Source: Oikopleura dioica
Taxonomy: Eukaryota; Animalia; Chordata
Direction of reading: 5' to 3'
Assembly (NCBI GenBank): GCA_907165135.1
Contig: OU015566.1
Span: 13,144,001 to 13,208,000, forward strand
DNA: 64,000 nt
In this document: positions 22,213 through 36,900 of the stretch, one piece after another
How the letters are laid out: each line of letters opens with the position of its first letter
How positions within the stretch are numbered: position 1 is the stretch's first letter
Translations under genes and position numbers: made by a program
Notes under the pieces: model-generated
What the model saw: the letters and a program-made list of their open reading frames with translations, nothing else
Databases searched by the model: none
What the model was told of the DNA's origin: nothing

Positions 22213-23706
22213 CAGGGCTGGTAAATTAGCGCACTATTTTCTCTCGAAGAGAAAAAAATTAGCGCACTAATTTTTTTTTCGAGTCATTTTTGCGTCTTTC
22301 GCGACTTTAGTGCGCGAAAATGACACTAATTTTTCCCCTCGGAAATTTTCGCGTCTTTTCGAGAGCTGATCAGCGCTAAAGACGCGAAAAAAGATGCTCT
22401 TTTTCATCATCCAATGGGCTCTTCCCGGATGATTGTTTCATGGAAGACGATTTTGATCAGGGAAGAATTTCTTCAAACTGAAACTATATGACACAATTTA
22501 ATTAAAAAAATCGTTTTCAATCCACCAGCAAACTAAGTCAGCAAAGGTTATCGATCATCCTCTTTCACCTGAGCGTTTTAGTTCTTTGAAACAAGTACTT
22601 TTCAGTTTTGCGAAAAAATATATTTCTAGTGTCCTAATTTAGTAACAAAAAGTTGAAAAGAATAAAAGTCATCTTTTGTTGGAAATTCTTTTTGTCGAGT
22701 ATTTAAATGATGAGCTAAGATAAGCTTTGCTAGGGAGGTATTCTCCCTATTTTTTTATCGCAGGGCCATCCGCAGCTGGATCTTCCTGCTTTTGTTCATT
22801 TTTTGCCTTTCTTCTTCTTGTCATCGCCCGACAACTTTTCATCGCTGTCCTCAACAGTCTGAAGCTGGAGCAGCCTTGACTGATACGTACTTTCTCGGTC
22901 TAAGAGCTCTTCTCAGTATCTTTATACAATTCTTTATTCACAGAATCATATTTATTTGATAATTTAGAAGGGAGGTCTCCTCCCAAATTCACGCTTACTT
23001 GATAACTGCTAATGAAGAACTCCTCCCAATTTTTTTTAGTTTTCTAGGATATAGCATTGTTAATTTTTAGAGTAAAATATATCGGGAGTAAATCTGCTTT
23101 CTGAGTTATAAAGTAAGCATGAACTTGGGAGAGCATCTCCCTTCTGAGTTGTGAAATAAATATGATTTTGTTAATTATGAATTATATAAACAATTCGCAC
23201 AAGGCTGCTCCTAAATTAGGGAGAAGACCTCCCTCAGAAAGCTAATCTTAGGCTAAGAGTCTAAGCTTATCATTCAAATCCAGCACAGAAAGAGTTGCAA
23301 GCAAAAATTGAATTTTATTTTTCCCTATATAAAATAGGCTATATACTATAGCCTATATTTGTTACTTTATATTTATAAAGAAAATTCACAAATGGATTGA
23401 TAAAGTCTTTTTTGACTTTATATTAAAATTCACGCCCTCGATTACCCAATCCACTTTATTGAAGCCAATCTTTTTGAAATTCTAATATCGACGAAGTTTG
23501 AAATTCTCAAACTTACGTATTCTTCAGAATTAAAGAGCCCGCGCTCATTGGCGGGCCAATCAGCAGCCCTTATTTTCGACAGGTTTCGAGACACACGCGA
23601 AAGACACGCGAAAGTCGCTAAAAGACTCGACAAAATAAATTCGCGCACTAATTTTAGCGCACTAAAAATTTTCGACAGATTTTAGGACGCGAATTTACCA
23701 GCCCTG
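22213..23706. mobile_element. Non-autonomous hAT-like element, 1494 bp, 8-bp TSD
   Basis: TIRs CAGGGCTGGTAAATT / AATTTACCAGCCCTG. TSD GTACCCCC at 22205-22212 and 23707-23714. Subterminal GCGCACTA/TCGCG motifs. No transposase ORF inside. Confidence 0.93.
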
Positions 23707-26700
23707 GTACCCCCTATATTAGACGTAGCGTAGGAGTAGGGTAAGATAGGTTTAATTGTGTTTGATTGGCTAACTCAAGAAATACTGACTTCTGATTGGT
23801 TTAGGGAACTATAACCTCACTTCCCATATACTTTCAAAAAATGTACCCTATCCAACTACTCGGGGAAAACAGAGCTGAATTCGAAAATTTTTCGTATGGC
23901 CTGATGATTCCTATGGAGGTCGTCTGTAGGAAGATATTTTCATACTGACTCATGAGAAATTTCATCTGAACGCACTGCATCTGAGATGTGTGCCCTTCAT
24001 GTGAGATTCATGTAATAATTCAAGAATCTGAAAATTTTATCCAAAAGCGCTTATTTGGATATTATTTGAGTTGGCATAACATGTGCATTACGTCTTTTTT
24101 CTACGTCAAATTATTCGTTTTCTGTTGACTTTAGAAAGTTCAAGCTCCCAGTCAGGAATATTCAAATATTTGCTGGGCGCTGTAGTAACAATTCAAAAAT
24201 GAACTCTGGTGGTTATTCCGCGTCGCTTAGGGACGTGAAGAGAATGGAAATTAAGGGCGTTGCCATAGAAAACAAACGCCTCGTACACTCACTTCTGAAC
24301 ATTCTCTTATGCAATGACGTATGGTTACATATAGGATGAACTCGAAATTCCAGAGTCCGGAGGAACAAGCAACCTTTGAAATAATCACACTAACTCTAAG
24401 TGAACTTTTGGAGGAAATCTGTTGTCTAATGCCACCCAGGCAAATGTGGATAAACATTTGAGCTTTTTGGCATTTTTTGGAAAGGTTCGCGCGTAATTTT
24501 TCAAATATTTTTTTGCCAAGAAAAACGCAAGGAGAAGGGACTTTTGTCTTTTGACGACTTAAATAAGTATATACCAAAAGTTCTCGACTTACGTTTTTAA
24601 AGAAAGTCTATCCTAATCCCGTGAGATCGAGTTTGTGGCGAGAATTGGGCCTTATCAGGGCCAGACGCGGCTAGTAGGCTCATTCCTATCTCAGACTAGA
24701 CACTCAGGCTCTCCCGCTTCTCATTGCAATTGACAGTAATCACGACAGTCATCAGGTACACTGTTTTCCCAGGAGCCTTTTAATCAACTCTGTATCACGA
24801 GGCGAGCACTCTGTTCGAGAGGATCAGCGCGAAAAGGGATGATTGTAATGATCAGAAGAATCACAGTCTGACGATTGCTCAATTCTTGAACTGGATTACT
24901 GTAACTCATGTCGAGTGAGAAGCTTCCTGGTATAGGAAAAAAGCTTCTGATAGTAAATTGTTGTTGTCCTCAAAAATCCTCCTCCAACAGAACAAAAGAG
25001 GCGAGAATAGTGAATGGATATATAATTTGTTTGTAGCACATTGGAGCCAAGTCAAGTGGGAAAGAATGAGAAAGAAAACTTCTGAAGAGGACCCTTGACA
25101 GTTCACTTTTGTAAGAAAGGCCGGCAAAGGCGGCATTGTTGGGCCCAGGCGAACAAAAAATATAATCACGTCCAAATTCCATCGCCAGGAAGAATTCAAT
25201 GGCGATAATGGTACAGGAACTGCTGCTTGTTTGAACTCAGAAAGCCTTTATTATCAACCATTATTATTTAAAAAGAATTGCCTTTTTGATCTTTTCTTTC
25301 CTATTGTCAGAAGAAAACTGCCCTTGAAATGCTCTGACGAGTTGGAATTCTAAATCTCCTCCACCGGGGTTCAAACGCTAATCCACCGCCCAGTGGAATA
25401 GCACAAAATCGCAGTTCCCTAAGCACGTGACACAGCTTGAGCTGAACTTTATTCTCCTCGCGTAGAAATCGAATATTTATCTTCTTCCATATGCCTCCAG
25501 CACACTTTTTCCTTAGCCATATATACACTAATCAAAGCATAAAGTTCCGTAATTACGAATCATAATTTATAGTTTCCAAGCAGTAAAACAGGGTAATTAA
25601 AGTTGACACTCATTAATGATAAATTCGCCTTTACACTCATCGGTCTGGTCCATGTACCTTTTCTTAGCTTCCGAATTCTTTCGATAATGTGTCACGTGTC
25701 GATCTGACTTATACCGCTGCTCGGGAGATAATATTCTAGTGCCCTGGGATGAGTTGCCTGAAGGATCGCCCGTGACGCAAGCAGCTCCCTCCACCACCGC
25801 GCTGCTCAAAATCGGTGTAGTAGAAAACTTCGCGGGGTCACACTCCTTTTCTCAAGTTCTCAATTTCTAGTTTACGAACTAGTCCAAATATTCTTGACGT
25901 CAGATCTTCTTACCCGATTACCAGCTTATTCCTGACAGGGAGCAGCGAATCGGACCCAGGTGGGATTTCGCTTTTTATTAGATTACGTGAATATACCGTG
26001 CTTTCATTCTATTTTTACGTTGTTGGGTTTAGAAAATAATGTTCGGGCACATGACAAGAGTTATTGGATTGATGATGGAGGATTAAGTTTTTGTTGAGTC
26101 ATCAATTCTCTCTCTCGCCGAGTTCTTCGAGTCCTGTACATTCATGTGGTCGTAACTTGAAGAAGATTGGTAACTCATAATTTATCATCATTAACATAAT
26201 CGTCGCGAAAGTTCAGGCAGTGAGTGTGCGTTTAATTACTTATTGAGAAGAAGGTTGGCTTATATACCGAAAGCTTCTTCTGTAGAAAGTCACACGCGGA
26301 CCACGTGACCACCCACAAACCCAAATAGCATGACCAGGATGGACGCTAAATACCCTGTCTCGCTTTTTTTAAGTCTACCAGTCACTTTCTCATGCTAATC
26401 TGTCAATCCCAACAAAGCACGGGTTTTCACTCTTACTTTTTTTTAGCAGAATATAGCCCTCCATTTTTACGACAAAGTGACGTCGGGGCTAATTCAGAGC
26501 TCATTCGCAGTGCTGATGACGGCGTCACCAACACGCAATAATCGTGCGTAAATTTAGCAATGAGCAAATGGCGTAATTTTGACGGGACGAAGATGGAATC
26601 TTTTGTTTGGCGTCATGTGACTTCAATTGGTCTTGCTTCTTGTCTACTGTAACTCTTCATAATTTACGAAACATAAATAATAAGGTAACCCCAACAATGA

Positions 26701-27111
26701 TTTTCCTTCCAACCTAAGGCGACCTGAAGATTCTCATGAAATTTTAAGCTTTGAAAAAATTAACCTCCTTTGTGGTCTACATAAAGTAGCCAAAAAGGGT
26801 TACATTGCGTCGTTTTGCATCACCAACTGAAAATTTAATAGCAACAAGAGAGTAAACGAATCTGGGGAGGAAAGAGTGGTGAATATTTGACGAGTACCAC
26901 GTATGGTTTAATTTTTGATGAAGACCCGTGCGTTTCTAGAACGCGTTTTTGTGCAGCAGATCGAAAGGAAACATGCATCTCATTAGTACCGAGGCGTCAG
27001 CGGTACTTGTTTACTGGCACGCGTAGAATTAGAACTATCTGATAGAATATTCATAGACTTTGAAATTAGAAGGTAAATACATGATAAAACAGAGACAAAT
27101 TATGTGTGGGC

Positions 27112-27225
27112 GGCTAGTCGGCATCTGATTGGCCGGTAAGCTAAATTGAGGCTTCTGATTGGTCGAAAATTTTCACGCAAAATTTGTCGGGATTTTTGTC
27201 GGTTCCTGACACTTCCCCAAATTTT
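27112..27225. mobile_element. Fragment of the CCAAT-rich MITE family
   Basis: Clearly similar to 32812-32925 (GTGGGCGGCT..CTGATTGGCCGGTAAGC..CTTCTGATTGG..AATTTGTCGGGATTTTTGTCGGTTCCTGACA). Confidence 0.8.
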
Positions 27226-29252
27226 TTTGCTCAATAAATAATTGCTCCAATAATAAAACTGATAAGTTTGATCAGCATTTTCCACCTGATTTTGCAATGA
27301 AATCAAAGTTCACGGCAGTTTTGGGGCAGTTTGGAACAGCCAAAGTGCCGCCAGTCTGTTTTTACGAATAAAAAGCGAGATCTACTCGAAAAATAAACTC
27401 TTGCACCGTGGCAAGGTACGATACGATTTTCCACATGAAGAAACAACTACAAAACCGGGCTAGATTACGAGGAAGGATTCGTAGATTCTAATACTATTGG
27501 CGGTGAACTTTCTCATTGAAATGTAATGCCGGAGAAAAGCTGCCTAGATTTTCTCAGCATTTTAAACTTGAAAGAAGGCATTGAACAATTGGCGGTTTCG
27601 ATCTGATTCTAGTTCGACTGCTCCTAAAAAAAGCAAATCTTCACATTCTTCTCATGATTTTTAAAAAGTTCAAACTTCCCCCTTTTCTTCAACTTTTGAT
27701 GACCTAAGCGCGTCTGTTAATGGACTTGTTGTGCTAATTAAGAAAACTACCATCCCCGCCAGACCCGTGAGAGACAAAAAAATAATTAGTCTTTTGCTCT
27801 TCTGTGTTTCTTTTGAAAAAGTGTTTTTATTTATTTGGAGAATCTAAACAACTCTTAGAATGATTATACAGTTCTCAGATTCTCAGGAAGAATCTCGTGT
27901 GAATTGGTGCTTATATTTATCATTGTTGGAATGTAGAGTGGACTTTTTAACATGTCTGGAAAACTAGAGCTCGAATTCTAGAGCACAGTCGGATTCCGAA
28001 CAGAACTGTTTATTCAAACATGTCTCAGAGTTCAGTAAAAACTGATTATTTCACTGTCAATATGCTGCTCTTCCTCAGTGTGGAATGATTAATCCTTAAG
28101 GGTACTACCTTTGATTTCCCCAACTTTGGCCTTCAATAAATCTGAATCTGTGAATGCTTGAGCCTTTTCTCTGCTGGCCACAAGTAGATCTGTCCTAGAT
28201 CTTAAATCTGTCAGAGCCGTTTTCAATTTGCTCAACAAAAAGTCGGCTAAATTTCAGCTCAAACTGGTCAACTATCGAAAAATATATATAAACATCTGGC
28301 TTCATCAAAAGTTCAAACTAATTCTCCCTCGTCATCGAATTGTGAATTCAACCTTGATTGTAATAACATCCCCTTTTATTAACAGCATCACTCCGCGAGA
28401 CACAAGCTATGAAAAGTTAATTGCGAAAATAGTAGTAGATAGCTATTGCAACAGGCTTGCATAAACATCTCTGCGCAGAAAAGAAATGACGTCAAATTGA
28501 AAGAAATCTGCCGTCCATCATCTTCTCGATGGCATCTTTCACGCGCCTCAGGGCGGATCATTCCCAGGCGAACAGAATCCCCCGAGCCGATCAGTGTAAC
28601 AATGCGATCCCGTATCATGTTGTAGTTTGTGAACTTAGAATGAATTTAAAGTGCCGCATTATTTCCAACATTCCGCTGGCGCGAAAAAAAATAAGGGGAT
28701 ACCTATCTTATCGGGCGTCTTCCTCTAGGAATTATTTTCCCTTCGACATTTTAATGGATCTTTGAGCCCGTAAAGAAGACTAATTTATTGCCCAAGGACT
28801 AGATAGAACGAGTTTAGGGCGAGGTAGAACGGGTTCAGGAGGTGCAAACTTTGGCCGTCTAATTTGCATAAAAATGTCACGCTATCAACGGGAAATAAAA
28901 AAGGGCCTGGCTCAAGCCCAGCTCAAACAACTCGACAAAATGAGCCCATGTCAGCCTGTATCGTAATCTCAAATAATGTGAATTGGGAAATTTCAAATTT
29001 GCCCCAGGTGGTTTTAAATGCTGCCTGGAGGGTGAGAGATGATATTTATTCTTCCCAGGGCCCAGTCAGAAATTCGCAACTGATGACTAGCCGATTATCC
29101 ATCGCACGTCGGGAGCTCCCTGATTTCAAGGGTGGGAGCTTGCCTCGAGTTATTGCTATTTACAGTAAAATACAGACTGCAAGCATTCTAGTTTGACACT
29201 GTTGACCCCGCAGAACGGATCCTTACTCATTTTTTCCTAAAGTTGGCCTTAA

Positions 29253-29282
29253 GGGTGTCCACAACGATTTCTATTGACATCC
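29253..29282. mobile_element. 30-bp TTAA-flanked micro-element (GGGTGTC family)
   Basis: TTAA|GGGTGTCCACAACGATTTCTATTGACATCC|TTAA. Confidence 0.55.
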
Positions 29283-31049
29283 TTAATGCCCACCACAAGT
29301 GGCTTTGGTCACAAGCCCGGGGGCAGAATACTGGCGCCAGCTGATTTCTACCAAAACCGCGAACTCCGGATCTAACACTTGGAAATCGCCATAACAATAA
29401 AGTTATTCACACGGGCGAGGCTTTTCAGAAGTTCAAGAGGCGCCGGACCTGCCATCAGAAGCACCATCTTCTTATAAATGGCCTCAAGAAAACGCATTCC
29501 AGCACATTCTCAAGGACTCTAGAAGAATGAAGAAAATAAATACTGAAGATCAAAAAAGATTTTTTTTTAAACTTTGATTTCTTTTGAAGACGTCTTCTGT
29601 ACCCACTTTGAAGTAGCTAATACACAACTTGAGACATTGAGTTTCATCAAGTGTTGTTTCAAAATTGACAATATCGACCTCCCACCGTCAGCATTTGACG
29701 TCACGTGAGTAGAAACGCAACAGCAAGGTGATGAATGCGGTCGATCAAAAAAGCTCTTCTTTGGGATTTTCTGGGTTTTAATTATAGAACAAGGGACACG
29801 AAAAAAGACGTCATCAGCGCATGACAGGGCAGGAGAAGTATTTGCAGATTCTCAATATTTGAGGATGGTCCATTATCAAACCCGTAAAACAATCGTTTTC
29901 GCAAGACTTCAAGGAGAACATAGGAAGCTTCTGGAAACCGTGACATGCTCTATATTTACTTTATTTCTTTGGCGTGAGTTTTATTTTTTACGCAATAGAA
30001 GATTTCATAAAAATTAATCTTTCAAGTGTGAAACTCATCGATCTTCTTCATACTCTGGTCATGAGTTTCCTTTCCTCATTGTTTTGGAAACATACCTCGA
30101 ATGTAGGACACTCAAGGAGATCTGGTTGTTTTCACCGAACGGGACCGGAAGCCAAGTTCGATTGTGACAGTCTTCTGACAGTATCAAACTGTTATCACAG
30201 CTTCTGATGCCGCATAAGTTATGTAACCCTTGGCTGCAAAATATTTTGCAAAATTTTTGATCTCCTTGGTAATTTATTTGAAGGTCACGCTACTATTCAT
30301 GACCCAGTAATTGAGAAAAGCAACAGTAGTTGTTGTTTGCTCAAGAAACTTTGAAAACTCCAAATTGGATACTTAAGTGTTTCCTATTTCTACTCAAGTT
30401 GATGCTGTATTTGGCCGAAAGTTCGGATTGGAACAGGATTTTTAATTGGAGTATTTATCGGATTTTGAACGCAAAAAAACTCAGCTTAATTTTTACGACG
30501 CGCCAATTACTTATTTTTTCCCCGAGAGTATCTTTTCCATCCTAGGAGCCCAAAATCCTCCGCCAAAGTCCCCCTCTTATTCCGACCTTTTATTCAAACA
30601 GTCTTTAGACACGTGATCAAGTAAGAAAGTCAAAAGGTTAAAAATAGAGTTCTAGAGCTTGAAAAAGAATGATCAAAGAAAAAGTGAATTTCCCAGTGGT
30701 TGCAAGTGCCAAAAAGGGGATGACAAAAGTACTAAAATAGAAAAAGGACCCTTTGGTCAGGGATTGTTTGACATTTTGCTGTCAGGCGATCATCCGCGGC
30801 TCCATGGGATCTCAATTCATTTGAGCCATTAGTCGAAAGTTCACCGCGGGCGAACTTCCAGCTCTGCGCAAACCTTTGGACGCGTCCCACTTTCTCTTTT
30901 CGTTTTTGAAGGGGGCTTTCTCTCTTCGGACTTTTAGTCTTTTTTCATGTTTTAGACTTTTTAGTCTTCATTTTTCCTTTGAAAAACATTACCAACAGGA
31001 TCGAAGATGAAAATGAAGTGTATGATGAATGACTCATTCAGAATGAGAT

Positions 31050-31226
31050 CTTAAATGAAAAGCCGCGTAGCGGCTTTTTTTGTCAAACAAAGCCGCGAAG
31101 CGGCTTCGCCTGAATTAAAAAAAGAGTGGAAGGGGAATTTTGCGAAGCCGCTTCGCGGCTTCGTTTTTTAAAAAGCCGCTTAGCGGCTTTTCATTTAAGA
31201 AAGTTCAGACCCTGACTCAGGTTTTC
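31050..31226 (+). mobile_element. GCCGC-palindrome MITE family, one-ended copy
   Basis: 150-bp palindrome (CTTAAATGAAAAGCCGCGTAGCGGC ... GCCGCTTAGCGGCTTTTCATTTAAG) built of four GCCGC-N3-GCGGC hairpins, followed by CAGACCCTGACTCAGGTTTT. Confidence 0.85.
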
Positions 31227-32616
31227 TGTATAGGATGCCGAGCCCAGGACCTCTGATACCCTGAAAATCTATCAATAAAGAGCTGATCGGAATTCATTGA
31301 ATTTTCGACATCGGAAAATTTAAATTTCAAAAAGAAAATCGACACGGGGTGTCGATTTCAAAAGAGTTTGTTGAACTCGAGCCAGTGAGAACGTTCCAGG
31401 TGCTCGACCATTATTATTCGTTTTTTTATTTACTGTTGGGAAAATTGCTTGACTTACGTAATCGTCGGTTGCCATGGGTTGGAGTCCCATTTTCAGAATT
31501 ATAGCGTAGGACACGTGAGAAAGTACGAGTATACAAATCGACCTTTTGATCCATTTGGCATTATGGAATTATTGTAATATATTTGAAGCGCTCTCAATGT
31601 TTAAATTGGTTCTCACGTGTCCTTGATAGGATAAAGAGTTAAAAGAGTCGTTTAATTCTAGTTTTGTTACGGTAAAGATTCACTAAGAACCGTAGATTAT
31701 AGAAGAAAGGAAGCTATTCGTTCTTTTTTTATTGAAGCTTTCTCAGATAATAATTCAAAGTTATTGGCCTGCTTCAAATTCGAATATGGCATCATCGACG
31801 ACTTATGATGACGACGAATATGATTCATCGTAAACCCTAAAATCATAAATAATGATTTGTAATGACAACAACAATCAATACTTATAATCGGTCTTTCTTC
31901 GTTTTTGATTTATTATTCGCTTCGTCAGAAAAGTATTAGCAAGTCATTAATAGATGAGAATCTTTTAATTTATCATCACGCTATTGAAGAGATACCCTTA
32001 TTTGAGAGTTTATCCATTTTTATGTAACACTCTACCGCGGATCAAAGAAGTCCGTCAAAGGTAGTATATTTAGAGCATATTAGGATAAATTAAGAACAAT
32101 TGAGGCCTGCAATTAGATCGTCCCATGATAGTAGCTTTTTATCTAATTTTAAGTATGCCCACTTATCTTCAAATAAAACTCATTTTTACACTAAAAAGAG
32201 AAAAGAAAATAAACTCATGATTGTAAAAAGAAAGATAGCAACTCGGTGATAAATTTATTTCTCTCATAAAGAACGGAAATTGCTTCAAACTGAAGGAAAG
32301 TCATTTTGGGAGACACTAATTTTCGATGAATCTGAAAATGACGATTCTTTTCCTTCAAAAATATTTTGAAACGGGCGAGTTCTCGTCTGAGCAGACGGAG
32401 TTGTTTTGATTCTCAATGAAATCGGGAGCGGGAAGGAAGTTGCAAAACGCTGAAAGAAGTGGATTTAGGGCGCGAAATAAAAGAAAAAATCCGGAAGAGG
32501 GAGAGTCACTTAGACGGCTGGCAAGCAGACTTGAGTTAGGGGCAACCTTGAGAGCTGCTCATTCACAAGCGACTGATCAGATTCTCGTTTCCTCGACAGG
32601 ATTCTTTTGGTCGCCA

Positions 32617-33044
32617 ATTTTCTTCGCCGAAATCAATGAAACCTCAAAAACCAATCAAAAAGTAGTATGACCCAGCCTTTTTATTGGCTGAAAAGGGGGC
32701 GTTTCAAGATTTTTTGTATGGTCGAAATTCCTGATTGAAATTGGCCGAATCAAAAGGGGTGGTGACACCACCGTGGTGTCACGAATCGACAAAAAATCTC
32801 GAAAAATTTTGCGTGGGCGGCTTCTCGGCTGCTGATTGGCCGGTAAGCCAAATACGGACTTCTGATTGGCTGAAAATTTCCAAGCATAATTTGTCGGGAT
32901 TTTTTGTCGGTTCCTGACAACTCCCCTTTTGGTCGGTCCTTACAAAAAAACACTTGAAACACCCCCTTTTCAGCCTATCAAAAAGCTTGGTCAGACTGCT
33001 TTTTGATTGGTTTTTGAGAATTGATTGATTTCGGCGAAGAAAAT
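32617..33044. mobile_element. CCAAT-rich MITE with long inverted termini
   Basis: ~95-bp imperfect TIRs AATTTTCTTCGCCGAAATCAAT..CTCAAAAACCAATCAAAAAG..TGACC..ATTGGCTGAAAAGGGGGCGTTTCAAG and their reverse complement; several ATTGG/CCAAT boxes. TSD not clear. Confidence 0.82.
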
Positions 33045-36000
33045 TTCTTCTTAGGTTTGTTAAATTCATAAGAAGTCACCTCGCTTTCTGAACTTTGGGA
33101 GCTGTTGAGCGGAATCGAAATGTTTATAAACCAAAATCATATGATATAAATCAACGTAAACGTTTGGACTAGACAATTTCTCGTCCTTTTGCGGCCAGGG
33201 TTGTTTGTCTTTTATAAATAGTCCGGCAACTGCAGCGTAAAATGAAAGCCAGAAAATTATGATTAATCACTTCCAAGAGGCTCAAACTCCGGTTATATCT
33301 CTCGCGCCAGATGGTTGCCGCGGCTCGAATTCTTCGCCATATGGTTAGCCGCGTTTTTATTGAAACGATGAAGTTAATTAAATTGCCCTTTATTATCTTC
33401 TCCTTTAGTGGAAATGTCTGATAAAAAAGGTCGAATAAGAAAAGAAGACTAAAAAAGTTCAAGTTCGAAAGGTCACGTGATTCATTGCGCAAGTCATCCA
33501 GCTCCGAGCTGATCTCCTATTCTATTCTGATTCAGCTCTTGAACTTTTCCCTCGAGCACGTGAGTAGGATCCTAGTCAGCATATTTGAACATTCCAGAGT
33601 CGTGAGCGTCCACCAACGCAACAATTCAATGATTTTAGATGCGAGCATGTTTGACCCTCCCTTGGAGACAAACAATAAAAAACCAAGTCATGGACTTGTC
33701 TCACCCGTGTGAAAACGATGAAGCAATTTATCCAAATCTGACACCATTCCAACTTCTTTGCGCAACGCTTGTAATTATGATTAATCGACGAAGCGTGTGA
33801 TGATGATTTTATGAGCATCAAAACTTCGTGGACTATAATGTAATCGTTTTCCCAATAGGAAAAAATACAAAGAAAAAATCTCCTTCCAACGAAATATTTC
33901 ATCGAAATTAAACTTATTGATGTACAATGCACAAAATAAACACCGATAGACTTTAGTACGCATTTTTTTATTATGATTGGCAACTCAATTTCTCCTCGAG
34001 AAGCCTTATTTATCAAAACATAGCATCATTAAATTGTACTCAGGAAGAGTTAATTTTTATTTTCATAATGAATAAACACATTTTTCTTAGACCAAGTCGG
34101 TCGAAAATGCCCCTGTAACAAAGTTCCGTAATAAAAGTACTATTATAAAAATACGAAAAACCCTTCTTTTGGCAGGAAATAGAATTCGCGCTAAGTTATT
34201 GCCAAAATATGCGATCGGAATTTTATAATCGTCTCGTTCGATTCTAAGCCTGTTACTTCTGGGGAGAATTTTTCCACTTCAAAAGAGAGAGTCTACCGAT
34301 CACAGACTGTACGAATTCAAAACAGGAGAATCGAGACCCTGATTCAGAAAAATTATCATATTCGATAAGCAGGGCGGCTTCTGAAATGTTCTCCTTCGAC
34401 CCCTTGCCTTTTAGCTGGGAGATGAGCCAAGGTAAACAGCTCCTTATTAGTAGCAGCGGCCTATTATGCATCACAAAATTTTATTTTTTTGATGGTGAAT
34501 CACGTGGCCGCCCTTTGATCGGCGAATGGGGTTGTGTGGCTCGGGTCAATGTAACTTATTTTCACGGACTTTTTCGATGAATTCAAGCTGTTTTCAACTG
34601 TATATTTCGAAGAAAGAAGTCTTCTTAGATCAAAAATTCATCAATTTCAACCCAGATGGTCGTCATTTTCTTATTGCATTCGGCCGCTCTTGAAGCTACT
34701 AGAAAAAGTAGCTGTCCGCTGCTGAGAAAAGGAAACAGTCATCTTTAATTCATAAAGGAAAGACGGGTTGGTGAGAGTATCTTACGTGTTCAGCTATCGG
34801 CATGCTGCCGGTGACGTCAATCCGAGAATATTTTCATGCATCAAAGCTCTTTTTCACTGAGTCGACAAGCGCATTTTAAAATCCACTTTAGCTGTCAATG
34901 ATTTCATTTTATTGAAATTAAAATGGCCTTTTTGGAACGTTTGATAATGTACAAATGCTTCAAAAATGAAGGAAAATGTTGACCTCGCCCCTTTTTCGAC
35001 CAATCAAAATCTCTGTTTCGTTGACACGCCCTTTTTTCGGCCAATCAGAAATTCAGGGAAGGGGATAAAGTTTCGAATTTCAAGCAATAGAAGCTGAAAT
35101 GTTTGGTGTAAAATATTCTTCCGAAGAAGCCGTGAAAAAGGATCAAACATTGATATATTGATATAAAACACCAAATATTTAATTTATCGCGACGCGGGAG
35201 TTCTTAATTTTTGAATGACTTTTTCCCTGTACCGATTAAAATATGTTTGGATGTTAAAATCGGTAGACTTTGGCGACCAGACGGGGTTGCGATGGAGCTA
35301 GAATTTGTTTTATAACGATATCAAATTCTAGCGATTCTGAGACACTCAAAAAAATGAAAGCATTTTTACGCAAGAGTTACTCTTTTGCGAAATTTCTTTG
35401 GCGTATTTTATCTAGAATATTCTAAAAAAATAGCGTTTGAGAGGCGGATGGAGCTATCACGTGGCCTCTGTATGGCCCGACTGACAGTAGATAAACCAAT
35501 TGGCCATACAAGTTGTTAATTGACACTTGAGGAAAAGCTTGAAGTGAACTTTGTAGGCATCAAGCCAAGTTGCTATTTTCCGTACACTAAGCATATCTGT
35601 CTGTATTATATCATGTAATAAAGACTGATAGCAATAGTAATTTCCCCATTTTGCGACCAAAATCGACAGCTGTTGGAGCTGCTTCTTACCAAGAAGTCTG
35701 CCAAGACAATTGTCTGCCAGACTGAATTCAATTGAGAATTAGACAATTACGACTTTAATTGCAAAACCGTGGCTGCCAGACGCGAGAGAATTGCCAAAGA
35801 ATTTTGAATTGCGCAAAATGGCGACCGCCCGTTTTTCTGGATGGAGCAAGATTTTTTAACGCCGGCTGCAACTCTTTTCGTAATTAACTCCTTTCCCTTT
35901 TGAAAGGGCTTAATTAAGGGGGTCACGTCGTTATTTCAAAATAAGGAAATAAATAAGCAAGAAAAAGGGAAAAAGCAGGGCGAAACTAGAATTGAAAGAT

Positions 36001-36900
36001 TAAGGGTATCCATCCAATAAAAACTGCTATTTTAATTTTCTGAAATTTCTTAAGGGTTTCTTCAGTAAATAGCTTTTCAATGAATGGACAGTAAAAATGG
36101 CCCTAAATGGCCGGAAATCTAAGGAGACAGATACTATCATAAAACTGTCACAAAATCATAAAATCCTAAAAAGAAAAAACAGTGTTGCCAATTAATCAAC
36201 TTGAATAATGATTAGGACAGTACCAAATGTTGCCAATAAAAGGCAATAAAAAGCTCAAATGGAGTACTTTCTCAGTTATTGGCACCAGCGTTATTGGGCG
36301 CTAGTTATTGCTAATAAGAATTTGAGAATTGGCGCGTTTAGTCAAGCTTCAGTTATTCACTTTTTTGGACATAAAATGCGGCTGACCCCGAAAGTTCAAG
36401 TCGTAACAGGTGAGAAGAAAGCTCTCGTAAATTTAGCAGTCGTCAACAATTGAAAATAAGGCATTAGCTGTCAATGGGCATCTCACACGTGACCGGGCAA
36501 ATGGACTTTTGGAAACAGAAACAATGAAACGCTGATGATCTGGGGAGTTGGAAGTAACATTAATATTCGTAGAATGACCGAATGAATTATTCACTTGAGC
36601 CCAGCTTGGAAGCCTAGCTGTAAATATCACGTGGTTATTTATTCATAAGGGTGTCACACTACTAATGGACAACTTTTTTTATAAAAAATCGAGAAAAATT
36701 CGAGTAAAAAAAATTAAAGCCGCATTTTTCGATGCTTTTTTTATTAAATTTATTTCTTATTAAAAATTATTAAATATTTAAAATATAAAATTATTCTTTT
36801 TATAATAAATTTTTCAGGCTATTCTTTCAATTGAGCTAGGAAGACCGAATATGGTGGAGGAGAGGCTGTGGAATTGCACGAATTTGGTGGAGGGAGTAAC

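Noticed and set aside
31050-31199. Bacterial REP/BIME or rho-independent terminator (contamination)
   Set aside because: It sits among spliced eukaryotic genes and shares ends with a local MITE family.
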